Positions 12,259 through 25,422 of a stretch of DNA of 64,000 bases are shown here, in pieces. Made by a program: the position numbers and the translations under genes. Below the pieces are notes generated by a model that was given only the letters and a program-made list of their open reading frames with translations, did not search any database and was not told the DNA's origin. The first letter of the stretch is position 1. Each line of letters opens with the position of its first letter. The stretch is from Octopus vulgaris (lineage: Eukaryota): contig OX597814.1 of NCBI GenBank assembly GCA_951406725.2, positions 99,944,001 through 100,008,000 on the forward strand, given 5' to 3'.

Positions 12259-12490
12259 ATTTGCCAACATAATGTGGCAGTCCTGGATGGGACGGATGTT
12301 ACTGTTGTTGTTTAGCCCCAGAAAACGTCGTTTCCAGCTAGCTATGCGACACAACATCTCTGTCCTTATGTTTTCGAAAATATAAGGACACGGATATTGT
12401 GTCGTATAGCCAGGGGAAAATGATGTTTCCTGGGGCTAAACAACATTGACAATCATCCCTTCCAGGACAGTCGCATTGTGTTGACAAATA
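12259..12490. repeat. ~230-bp imperfect palindrome centred on ttttcgaaaa (~12376)
   Basis: tatttgccaacataatgtggcagtcctgga...tttagccccag pairs with ctggggctaaa...tccaggacagtcgcattgtgttgacaaata. Followed by (TA)n. Confidence 0.85.
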
Positions 12491-12496
12491 GTCTTT

Positions 12497-12571
<75 letters not shown>

Positions 12572-12661
12572 ACAGAGAGAGAGAGAGAGGGAGAGATAGA
12601 AATATATATATATAGAGAGAGATTTAGAAAGATAGATAGGGATATAAATAGACAGAAAGAA

Positions 12662-12705
<44 letters not shown>

Positions 12706-12805
12706 TTAGAGATTTAGATATATATATATATGTATATACATATAACATATAAACGTAACCACACACACCCGTATGTGTGTGTGGGTGTGTGTGTGTGTAT
12801 GTTTA

Positions 12806-12945
12806 TGTAAATGTAATATGTGACAGTTATTCGGTAGCCATGATAAAACTCGGCGGCGTGGATTTCCACCCCTACATCCGAAACTCGGAGTTGTATCATG
12901 GCTACCGATAATTGTCACATATTACATTTACAGATAAATTCCTCT
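12806..12945. repeat. Fold-back fragment of an HHR-bearing repeat family (relatives at ~18690-18850 and ~24285-24368)
   Basis: tgtaaatgtaatatgtgacagttattcggtagccatgataaaactc is inverted against gagttgtatcatggctaccgataattgtcacatattacatttaca. The 3' half of the HHR (catccGAAACtcggaGTT) is retained. Confidence 0.8.
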
Positions 12946-13091
12946 CTCAACATAATATCGAGGTCTCTTTCTTTGTTTTGCTGTCTTACCATTTCTATCA
13001 ATATATATATATATGTATATTATCTATCTATACACACACACAGACACACAGATATATATACATACATACAGGGAGAGAGAAAGAGAGAGAG

Positions 13092-13149
<58 letters not shown>

Positions 13150-13259
13150 GAGATAGAGGTATGCAGGGAAAGATGTAAGTAGTGAAATAACTAAAGTGAA
13201 ATTGAAAATAGACAAAAAGTTTGATGGGACAAATATAAAGAGCAACTTGTAGCAAGGAT

Positions 13260-13307
<48 letters not shown>

Positions 13308-13654
13308 ATATTGGGGAGTGAATGAAAGAGAGAGGGAGAGATATAGAGAGTCAGGGAGAGTTGAGACTGTGTGATTATGTGTGTTCATTTGTAAAAGTGC
13401 GTGAAAGAGAAACTGCGAGAGTGACTGCGAGATAGAAAGAGACTATAGTGAGCTGAGTAGAATATAAACTGCAGCGTGGAAGCTGCGAAGTACAACTACA
13501 ATACAAAATGATACGCAAAATATTTTCCAGAGGAAAATTTTACGTTCAACCAAATACAATTAATCGGATGACAGATATTCATATTGCCGGTTCATGGTCT
13601 TGAATAACTGCACAGTGATCTGTCAGCATTGACAGAAACATGTTGCTGTTCATA

Positions 13655-13867
<213 letters not shown>

Positions 13868-13899
13868 TATTATTATTATTATTATTATTATAATAATAA

Positions 13900-14115
13900 T
13901 GAAGTGGTGAGTTGGCAGGATAGTTAGCACTCTGGGCAAAATGCTTAGCGGTGTTTCGGCCGTCGCTATGTTCTGAGTTGAAATTCCGCAGGGGCCGACT
14001 GTGCATTTCATCATTTCGGGGTTGATAAATGAACTACCTGTTACGCACTGGGGGCGATGTAGTCGACTGTTACCCTCATGCAAACTTTCAGACCTTATAC
14101 CTTTAGTAGAAAGAC
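13900..14115 (+). mobile_element. tRNA-derived SINE, family D, inserted within (ATT)n
   Basis: Similar to 56470-56700: ggtgagttggcagga..ttagcac..gggcaaaatgcttagcggt..gagttgaaattccgc..tttcatcatttcggggttgataaa. Confidence 0.75.
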
Positions 14116-14125
14116 ATTATTATTA

Positions 14126-14209
<84 letters not shown>

Positions 14210-14547
14210 TATGTTTGACTTTTGCTTTATGTCTGTACACGTTGGCTCCAAGTCTCACCCAGAGACCTCAAGAGACAACAGGTTGGAAGTTCACGTTGTT
14301 GTTATGCCTAGTGTGCCATATATTTGGGTTTTTTTTTTTGGTGTTGTACTAGTGAATGTCTAATACATAAAAAAAGTTTGTTTTAAACCTTGGGATTACA
14401 TAGAGAGTATTTTGCATAGGATATGAGCATTTCCCATGAGCACTATCTTTTGAATTTCTGCCATTTTGGGGTTTCCTGGTATCTGAGTTAGGTAGCAATC
14501 AGCCCCTTTCGCTATTATTCCCAGGGCACCTGTGACAACAGGTATTG

Positions 14548-14551
<4 letters not shown>
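14210..14551 (-). mobile_element. 3' end of an R4/Dong-like (restriction-like endonuclease) non-LTR retrotransposon inside (TAA)n
   Basis: Minus-strand KTIPVVTGALGIIAKG...EIQKIVLMGNAHILCKILSM* matches the R4/Dong C-terminal pattern IPVVIGALG...QK..L.GTA.ILR.VL. Short 3' UTR. (ATT)n on both sides. Confidence 0.8.
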
Positions 14552-14632
<81 letters not shown>

Positions 14633-14639
14633 GTTTTTA

Positions 14640-15065
14640 TTATTGAGTGAAAGAGCAGTGCATGTCATCAAAGTGACACTGGGGTAAAATATACGAAACC
14701 CAGTATACCCATCATGACTACCCGTCTGATAAGGGTACATTAGGCACATGCACCGCAACCATATTCGCGCGACATGGTGATCTTATATCAAGATAAACAG
14801 CGCATGACCTTGCAGGTGGGACCCAGTTAGAATTTTCTTAAGGTGGAGTAGCCCACCCTGCACAAAATGTCCCTGAATAAGTGTTGTTTAAGGATGTTGA
14901 ACAAAAGACCCATGTTTCCAAGGTGAATTTTCCAAACCCAAAAGAATCCTTTTCAACACATGGCTATGATGCTCCCTAGAGGTGCACATATCCTCAGCCA
15001 GTAATGTCAAGCAACTAACAAGCAAATCTGAGGTATTGAGCAGAATATTTGCTGTAGCCCATATT
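14640..15065. repeat. Unclassified GC-richer interspersed sequence starting directly at an (ATT)n tract (possible non-autonomous or 5' part of a TAA-targeting LINE)
   Basis: Sharp compositional boundary at the microsatellite. No ORF. Single copy in the window. Confidence 0.3.
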
Positions 15066-15406
15066 GATGAGGGACTCTCCAGTCGAATACGTCATGTGAG
15101 CGTTGTTCAGATTTAGCCGAAAGACCTGTGCAAATGATTTCTTTATAATGATCAAACGTTCAAGGTGTACATTAGGTCTCTCTCCGTCAAATCGGCGTTG
15201 TTTGAACAGGGAAACAATTTACGACGCATCAAGTGATCGAAGTGCAACGTGAGAAAAATATTGTTCAAGAACACAACGCACCGCCCGATCTAGTAAGTGA
15301 AATCCCGATCTCGCAATCATCAGTGCAACACCATAACCACTGAAACATATATATATATATATATATATATAACAACTGAAACGTATATATATATATATAT
15401 ATATAT

Positions 15407-15615
15407 ACTCTTTTACTCTTTTACTTGTTTCAGTCATTTGACTGCGGCCATGCTGGAGCACCACCTTTAGTCGAGTAAATCGACCCCGGGACTTATTCTT
15501 TGTAAGCCCAGTACTTATTCTATCGGTCTCTTTTGTCGAACCGCTAAATGACGAGGACGTAAACACACCAACATCAGTTGTCAAGCAATGCTAGGGGGAC
15601 AAACACATACACAAA

Positions 15616-15680
<65 letters not shown>

Positions 15681-15815
15681 CATATATATGACGGGCTTCT
15701 TTCAGTCGGCCCAAAGCTATAGTAGAAGACACTTGTCCAAGATGCCACGCAGTGGGACTGAACCCGGAACCATGTGTTTGGTAAACAAGCTACTTACCAC
15801 ACAGCCACTCCTGCG
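15407..15815 (-). mobile_element. tRNA-derived SINE, family A, with internal (TA)/(CA) microsatellite
   Basis: Head cgcaggagtggctgtgtggtaagtagc...gggttcagtccc (A/B-box-like) and tail ...gactgaaacaagtaaaagagt. Multiple copies in the window. Confidence 0.85.
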
Positions 15816-15819
15816 TAAA

Positions 15820-15874
<55 letters not shown>

Positions 15875-16341
15875 CCAATACAGAGAGACAAATGAAACAA
15901 ACATACATGCATACATACACATCTTACTAACCAATGAGTCAGATTTATGTGGGTGTTGTAAGCCTCAGGTTACATAAATTTATCACACCATTCAGACTGA
16001 TAACATGGCTGAAGTAGCTTGTAATACTTTTAGTCGTTGCTTGTCTAATGAATTGTTAGATTAGCTGTTGTTTCTGGCGCTATTCCTGATGTTGAATATC
16101 TTGCTACGTTTCCTGTAGTTGTTGTTGTTGTTGCTGTTGTTGTTGTTGTACTTGTTCATTTTGCCCAGGAACATTATCAGAATGTACTCTAGTAACCACA
16201 TCAATTTTTTCTGCTTAGTTAACTCGAAGTAGAAGTATTCACACAGCATATATGGAGAGGCACATATCAAGTTATACATGCGTAATAATTTATATTATTA
16301 TACATAGACCTACACATACGCACCTATATATACATGCATAT

Positions 16342-16380
<39 letters not shown>

Positions 16381-16392
16381 TATATGTGTGAG

Positions 16393-16443
<51 letters not shown>

Positions 16444-16461
16444 ATATTTTCTTTTTCTTTT

Positions 16462-16645
16462 TTTTTTACTTGTTTCAGTCATTTGACTGCGGCCATGCTG
16501 GAGCACCGCCTTTTTAGTCGAGCAACTCGACCCCGGGACTTATTCTTTGTAAGCCCAGTACTTATTCTATCGGTCTCTTTTGCGGAACCGTTAAGTGACG
16601 GGGACATAAACACACCACCATCGATTGTCAAGCAATGCTAGGTGG

Positions 16646-16692
<47 letters not shown>

Positions 16693-16837
16693 CATATATA
16701 CGACAGGCTTCTTTCGAATCCACTCAGAAGGCCCGAGGCTATAGAAGAAGACACTTGCCCAAGGTGCCACGCAGTGGGACTGAACCCGGAACCATGTGGT
16801 TGGTAAGCAAGCTACTTACCACACATCCACTCCTGCG

Positions 16838-16840
<3 letters not shown>
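16462..16840 (-). mobile_element. SINE family A copy
   Basis: Closely similar to 15407-15815. Flanked by (TA)n. Confidence 0.85.
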
Positions 16841-16931
<91 letters not shown>

Positions 16932-17277
16932 CGTCTGTGTAAGTGTAGGTGTCATGGTGCAGTTCTGCGTATGTTCCTGTGTAAGAGTGTCTATGAGCAT
17001 TCGCTTTTGAAAAAGTTAGTGCTAAAGTCAGAGGTGCTTGGGCAACTTAAATAAGACATTAAATGTTGCACTTTTTTCAGGAACATAACCCAACATGACC
17101 CAATGTGCGAATATATATCTGTACGTTAAAATATATCATGATGTGTGTGTGTGTCTGTGTGTATGTGTATGCATTCGCACATCTGCATACATATACGTGC
17201 ATACATATGTTTATATATAAATATATATAACGATGGTATATATGATATATCTATATATATGTATACACACACATAGA

Positions 17278-17331
<54 letters not shown>

Positions 17332-17554
17332 GGTCTCTCTTCCTCTCTCTCTCTCTGCATATATATAATATATATACATGTATATATACACACACAAACA
17401 CACACGCATACACACACACGTACACAAACATACACACAGACACAAACACACACACATAGACACACATACATACACACACTCACACACATACACAAAAGTA
17501 CGCACACACACACGCATACACACACATATACTCAACATATACAATGTTAATGCA

Positions 17555-17715
17555 GACACTTCTTTCTCTCCGTTTCTGTCTTTGATTCGTCTCCTCATTC
17601 CTCTCCGTAGAAGATCGAAGCCTTGAAACGTCAAAGACCTTCCATTTTTCTTGAGTCTCATACTAATACACTTTTTTGGCTGTTCTTTCACCTGTGTCTG
17701 TCTTGCACCCATAAA
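17555..17715 (+). mobile_element. Short non-autonomous repeat with a degenerate hammerhead (family shared with 25040-25180, 33975-34070, 47465-47630, 55825-56010)
   Basis: Pyrimidine-rich head, ccgtagaagatcgaagccttGAAACGTCaaagac, then ttttcttgag..atactaatacac..cacctgt. Confidence 0.55.
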
Positions 17716-18376
17716 CACTAATACATACAATCAGAAGTATATGTGAGTGCATATACGTGTGTATGTAAAAACTGCAATCACTCACACAGCAATGAATTCA
17801 ATGCAAAAATGTTAAATATGTCCTAATGATTGTTTTAAAACACGACAGTAACATTAAAATTCCACCAGAGCTACGTTATGTGTATTAAGTACATCCTCTA
17901 GCACTCTCCCTTTCTCTTACATGCACACGCAAATACGCACACAGGCACATACGTATGTATATATAAATATACACACTCAAAGTCACACACATATATATAC
18001 ATATGCACATATGCATATCGCATTCATATCGTGTTAAAGGGATTAGCTCTTCCCGTCAATTCTTTTAATTTGTGTTACAACCCGAAACTATTTGTAATCT
18101 CATATGTATTTGTGAATCACTTATTCTACAAAATAACTCACTGAGACTAATTGTGGTGTTTACTGTGGAGTAATTATGCATCTTATTACCAAGTACACAT
18201 GCATATACATATATTAGGCGCAATCATGCCTGTGTACCTAAGTGAATCTCATTCAAACTACAAGTTCACATTGAAGCTCACTTTGTTCGGAATCTTGCGC
18301 AAGTGTCTTCTATTATAATTACAGAACGGCCACTTGACCGGTGACGCTTGAAATATACATTAGTATTATACACACA

Positions 18377-18444
<68 letters not shown>

Positions 18445-18777
18445 CATGTACATAACAGGTAAGAGAAATGAAGTGAGAGAATAAAGGCGTATTCCCTTCG
18501 TTTACGGCTGTTTCATAATATTGTGAGTTATATAGCAGATATTACATTAACATTCGCACATCCTATCAGGTGGAGCTATAAAGTTTTAGATGGCCTGGAC
18601 CAATCTTTGGTCGAAACATATCTAAATTATCTAAGTGATATATACGCACATATATACATGTAAATATATATATTGATAGAAATGGTAAGACAACAAAAGA
18701 ATGAAAGAGGCCTCAGTATTATGTAAATAGAGGAATTTATCTGTAAATATAATATGTGACAATTATTCGGTAGCCAT

Positions 18778-18838
18778 GATAAAACTCTGAGTTTCGGATG
18801 TCGGTACCGAAACCCGCGACGCCATCTCTTCAGTTATC
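18778..18838 (-). ncRNA. Type I hammerhead ribozyme candidate
   Basis: Minus strand: GATAA-CTGAAGA-GATG...CATCC-GAAAC TC A GA GTT-TTATC. 5-bp stem I, intact core, near-palindromic stem III, GUU triplet. Confidence 0.7.
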
Positions 18839-20118
18839 CGGCCATCGAAAAACTGCTATGGGGTTCACTGACATCGAGAGCCTTTCCTGGTAAAAGCACA
18901 TCCTAATCGTATTCAGGGTCGCATCCCCACAACTAGGCATTCAGAACAAACTAACACTTCAATTTCTCGGGCCCTGTAATATTGCTCTATTATCTGATAT
19001 GGTATTGCTGCTGCTACTGCTGTTGCTGCTGCACACAGAGATATCTTAAACGGCATTCAGAAAAGAGCCAACTGACTGGCATAGAGACTCTCACCATCAG
19101 TCTTGCCCACCATCAGTGGTACGTCTTCTTTTTCTGTATCTACTACCATAATTATATGGATTCTGCTTCTCGGAGCAGGCTGAGTATATATCATTTATAA
19201 TTAAACAGTGCCAATCCACTCATCTCTACTAATCTTACCTCACTTTTGTGTCTAATCCCATACGCGTCACAATGATCAATACACCTTTCTTCCAGGGTGT
19301 CACATCTCATGAATGCCTTTCTTCTACTCATGTCTTTCCCGCAGGTATTTCTTTATAAAAGTAAATGAGTTTCTTCTAATAATTTCAAGTTCTCCAGACT
19401 GAAAGTTTATTGGAAAGCAACACTCGTTTCCCACTCTTCCCGCCTTAGGAAATAAAAGCAGGATGTATAACTCTAACGCTGTTAGTCCTTCGAAAGTTTC
19501 GGACAATATAGACAATGCAGATTAGAATAGTTTTGGTGTTTAAAGTCAGTCAGTGAAAGAAAACGGCAAGGTTCCGTCTCATTACCGTTCCTCGGTGGAA
19601 AATTTTATACTTCTAAAAAGAATAATTGTCATAGAATCAACCTAAAAAAAAAAAATGATGAAATTATAGCCACGATTCTTGGTAATATCTGCAATATGAT
19701 ACAGAGAAGATGCCACAGAGAAATGCTTTTCTTAGTGAATATATTGCAGCAGGGTCCCATATCACTTTCAGTTGTATCATTTTTGTCATTCATTGTTTTA
19801 CGGAAATTCATCAGTTGCAGTTTGATATTGAGGTGAGAAGGGCCATGAAGTTCATGAAAAGACATTATTACAATAAATAGCTAGAGAACTTACTGCTGTT
19901 TTACTATTTATTTCTCAAAATTTCCCCTTAGAAAAGATAAGTAAGAAAATTATGGTGCTTATTCATAGACAGAAAGTGAAAAAAAATCATTAAACTAAAT
20001 GAATTAAAGGTTAGAGCGAGATATCTGGACGACATGAAAATAGATATATAGCATAAAATTATATACTGTATATAAGATAATATCTGTATGCTTGTACGTT
20101 TCTCTCTATGTGCGTGTG

Positions 20119-20206
<88 letters not shown>

Positions 20207-20349
20207 CGCGCGTGTAAGTTATCAAGGAAAGAGGAAGATTGAACATATTGCATGGTAAAGTGTGTATTGGAAAGGAGAAATCTTTTTTCTAGCGATTTAA
20301 ATTTCAAGCCACAGAGATCTCAGGCTAGAGTGTACGCCCAAGTTGTGCC

Positions 20350-20387
<38 letters not shown>

Positions 20388-20993
20388 CATTCTGAACATA
20401 TATTTACATTCTGAACACGTGTGTGTGTTGTGTATGTGTGTTAATACGCATGTTGGAGAAAGTGGGTGAATGTATAGAATATTTCTATGTATTACTATAT
20501 GTACATAAAACACAGAACAATTGCTAAATAAAGTAAGAATTGTCATTCAAAAGCTAAATTCTCCGATTATATGTGAAATGAAAAAAAAAAAAAAAATGGA
20601 AAAACTGAAAAAAAGAAAGGAAAAGGAGAAACACATAGGAAATAATGAAAAACAAAATAATATATCAACCAATAAGCCAAGAGATGGAAAAATACAAATA
20701 AAACAAATATTATAAGCAAAACAATCCAAGGAGTATGCTTATAAATCTTCTCCTTGTGACACTAAAGTGCGCAAAAGAAAACTTACAGCGTACAGAGAGC
20801 GATATCCACACGCGTACACAATCGCATACGCACACTAGCATAAATTTGCAGCATGTACGTAAGCGTATATACACCCATACTTGAATATAAATACTTGAAT
20901 ATAAATACACATACTTTCATATGTATATATATATATGTATATATATATATAGACGCACATATAAATATACATGCATACTTACATATACTTAAG

Positions 20994-21024
<31 letters not shown>

Positions 21025-21032
21025 GTATGTAA

Positions 21033-21075
<43 letters not shown>

Positions 21076-21336
21076 GCGTGAATATAGTTACGTATGTGCG
21101 GTGTGCGTGAGTGTGTGATTGTCTTTGTGTGTGTACATGTATGTGTTTACGATCATTTGTATAGAAACGTGTTATGTAAACCTTGCTTTATATATTTTAT
21201 TACACACCCACACATGCACACACAGACACAAATACACACACATACACGCACACATGTATTTGTATGTTTAGATATGTGTATTTATTAACCTTAGTATATG
21301 CAAATATATATATATACATATGTATTTGTAGGTATG

Positions 21337-21369
<33 letters not shown>

Positions 21370-21963
21370 TCATATATATATCTATTTGCATATCTATATA
21401 CGTGTGTGCGCGTGTATATGTATGTTTGTATCATGCATCTATGTATATATAGTTTCGTGTGTGCGTGTTTATGTATATATGAAATGTATACCTCTATACA
21501 CAGACTTACACATTGCACATATAGGTATATGAAAAAAAATGATGTGTATTTGCACTTACATGTACATATGTATATGTTAGAAGCATTAGAAAAAAAAAAA
21601 AAGAAAAACAGAGGGATTTAGGTATATACTGTGTTTTTTATTACCAGAAAAACCTGTAAATCTCCAGTTTATCACCACCCGAGGCAGTTTCAATTCTTAC
21701 CGAGTGTCACGTAAAATCAACTCCAGCTACATTGCATAGGAGATAGAAAAAAAGTAATACTGAAACAAAACTAATACTTCGACCGATTTGATGGAAGAAG
21801 AATATATGTGAGGAAATATAAAACACCAAAGATTTCATTTAGATACAAATACTTAACGAATTCTATCGCTTCCACTTTAGTTCTGTTTTGAAGCCGGTTC
21901 GGATATTTTGCATTCGTTTATTGCTGGTATGTGTGTACGAGACGCGTAAGTGGTCGTGTGTGC

Positions 21964-22015
<52 letters not shown>

Positions 22016-22100
22016 ATTTTATGTACATGTGAGCACACACACCAATGTATACACACGCAGACACACACATATCATTTACAGTATAGCATGAATATGTCCA

Positions 22101-22137
<37 letters not shown>

Positions 22138-22245
22138 CACAAACAAAAACACGCATATATGTTTGTGTGAGTGCGTGTGTATGCTTGTGCATCGATATGT
22201 ATAAACACGCTTAAACGTATATAGGTGTATGTACATATACATATA

Positions 22246-22292
<47 letters not shown>

Positions 22293-22309
22293 AGATAGAT
22301 AGATAGATT

Positions 22310-22364
<55 letters not shown>

Positions 22365-22407
22365 CGATACATCGATTGATAGATAGACAGATAGATAGAT
22401 AGATAGT

Positions 22408-22485
<78 letters not shown>

Positions 22486-23296
22486 TATTGATAGATAGAT
22501 ACACATGTATATTCATAAAATGTTCTCGCACGCACTCACTTACGTACGCATATGTGTGGGTATTATTGGTGAGGTGTATATTTGTGATAGTTTCATTATT
22601 AAAGGACGATGTGTGTGTAAGACAAAATATGTGGCTGATACAATATGAGAATTGTTGTATAAATATGTGTATTCATATGTATGTGTGTTTATGTATGTAT
22701 ATGTGCATGAATGTGTGTGCGTTTGTGTATGTGCGTGTGTGTGCGTGCGTGCGTGTATGTGCGTGTGTGTGTGTGCGTGTGTGTGTGTGTGTGTGCGTAT
22801 GTGTGTGTGAGAACGAGAGAAAGCGAATGAAAGATTAAATGAGATAACGTCTGAAAGAAAGAACTAGACAGTGATCGATGGCGAGAAAGACAGCGATGAA
22901 CAGAAATGGACATTCCGTAGAGATGTAGAGAAAATAGAATTGAGAATATGACGGAACAAGGAGTACGAGCTTTCTAAATAGTTTGTCCGACATTTTATTG
23001 GAGATAGGGGACCGGCTTGACGCTTGTTTATTCGACAAAAGCTTTCACTTAAACTAAAACATTAACAAAAAGCAGAATTATTGATGGCAGCAAATTCAAT
23101 GCAGGGAAATAAAATACTATATCGATGTTTGAAGTACCAGGAATTGTGGTGAATTCTGAAGAAATCTCCCGAACAGCATTATCCTAGATTTATATACAAG
23201 CATTCGAAACTACGGAGGTCTCAATATTTACTATGTTGCACATTCGCAGCGCATATATATGTGTGTGTGTATATACATACATACACACACACACAC

Positions 23297-23364
<68 letters not shown>

Positions 23365-23380
23365 ATATATATATGTATGT

Positions 23381-23703
23381 AGGAGTAGGAGTGGCTGTGT
23401 GGTAAGTAGCTTGTTTACCAACCACATAGTTCCGTGTTCAGTCCCACTGCGTGGCACCTTCGGCAAGTGTCTTCTACTATAGCCTCGGGCCGACCAAAGC
23501 CTTGTGAGTGGATTTGATACACGGAAACTGAAAGATATGTATGTGTGTATATGTTTGTCCCCCAATTCGCTTGACAATCGATGCTGCGATTTGGCGAAAG
23601 TGACCAATAGAATAAGTACTAGGCTTACAAAGAATAAGTCCTGGGGCCGATTTGCTCGACTAAAGGCAGTGCTCCAGCAAATGATTGAAACAAGTAAAAG
23701 AGT
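23381..23703 (+). mobile_element. SINE family A copy
   Basis: ggagtggctgtgtggtaagtagc...gttcagtcccactgcgtggcacc...gaaacaagtaaaagagt. Confidence 0.85.
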
Positions 23704-24246
23704 ATATGAAAACAAGAGTTACGGAACGTCAGGAATGGCAAATATTCAAGCGAGGTATATTCCGCAGGCTACCTTTCAGGCTAAGGATATCTTGGTTAAA
23801 TGAAAGTTTACTATTCTCCTCTCCTACTGGGCTCTCTCAACATCCTGATTGAATATTCTATGCGCTAGCATATGCCTCCTTGCAACAATGTAAACGTTCA
23901 TGTATTCAAGATATCTTTAACCAGAAGAGTAGTGTCGCTTGAATATTTATCACTTCTGAGGTTCCGCTCGCTATGAAATATATTTAATCCGGATCATATC
24001 TACTTCATTCGGTAACTCACGCATACTCGGCAAACCTGGTTGCCTACCGTGAAATATTAAAAGGACTTTTTTTCAGTTTATTGTATTTCGATACACACAA
24101 AAAAAAAGAAAAAAACACAACCTTCCAACTCAATAAACCATTATTGTCCCTGAAATTTATTTTTTATAGTTACTACGGATTGCTTGGAGCTAACATTCTT
24201 CCTGCACCTCGATCCCTGGATCTTACACACACACACACACACACAC

Positions 24247-24285
<39 letters not shown>

Positions 24286-24747
24286 GCCGGTGTGGGTTTC
24301 CGCCCCGTCATCCGCAACTCGGTGTTTTATCATGGCTATTGAATAATTGTCACATATATTCACAGATATATATATGTACATATATATGTGTGTGTGTGTG
24401 TGTGAATGTTCGACTTACAAGAAAGATCGAAGGGAATAATTACAAGGTAGCCAGATGTCACATAAGTGTCCTGGGAATCAGTGTTCACACTAGTATATTC
24501 CTATATGTATATGCATGTATATTTATATATGTGTGCATGTGTATATGCATGCGTGTGTATGTGCACGCATGTATCTATTTGTGTATCTATGTTTTTAGCA
24601 TATATGTATATCCTTATGCGTGTGTATGTGTATGTATATGTGTTATATGTGTATGTAGCACGTGTGTACACGTATATATATATATACGTCACATATTGGA
24701 GTGTCTTACATCTGATAAAATGTCTAATTGATGAGCACTATTGTTTT

Positions 24748-24839
24748 TATCCTCCCTGATAAGATTGATGTATCGCTCTACATTATTCATCCTGCCGGAT
24801 TTATTTTGTATGCATCCATCGAAACATATGTCGATGATA
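24748..24839 (+). ncRNA. Degenerate type I hammerhead (core CTGATAA)
   Basis: CTGATAA-GATTGATGTAT...ATGCATCCATC-GAAAC ATAT GTC-GATGATA. Long stem II and palindromic stem III. G8->A change and imperfect stem I. Confidence 0.6.
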
Positions 24840-24918
24840 TAAAGATATAAAGAATTTAACATCTTGAGCGTTTGTTTCCATTTTCAATTTTTCCTATATA
24901 TATATATATTTTTTTTTT

Positions 24919-24956
<38 letters not shown>

Positions 24957-25331
24957 TATATAGAGAGAGAGAGAGAAAGAGAGAGGGGGACAAGAGAAAG
25001 AGGATGTGTTCAATTGTAAATAATAATAATAAAAGATAGAGTCAAATGAATGAACAGCAAACAAGGCGTATTAACTTTGATACTCAGGAAAAATAGAAAA
25101 GTCATTGACATTTCGAGCCTTCACTCTTAGAAACAAATGATGGAACAATATGAACAGAGACAAAAAAATGGAGAGAGAAAAAGCTGAGCCTGGATTAACG
25201 ACATGCGGAAATGACCTATATACACAGATGGGCACCAGAGTAAGCACATAAGTGTGGAACTAGGTAGAAAAACATAGTACTCGAATATCGGAATATGCTT
25301 TATTAATAAGCCTGCGAAGACATCATAAAAA

Positions 25332-25422
25332 CTGTTACTCAGAGTTTCACGCTCCCCTTTGTTGAACAGTTTTGTTTGAGAAAACTGTCCGACGAAAGGG
25401 AATGTGAAATTTTGAGTAACAG
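25332..25422. repeat. Palindrome made of two inverted degenerate minimal hammerheads
   Basis: Right arm: ctgt-CCGACGA-aagggaatgt-GAAAttttgaGTA-acag. Left arm reverse complement: ctgt-tcaacaa-aggggagcgt-GAAACtctgaGTA-acag. Confidence 0.55.
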
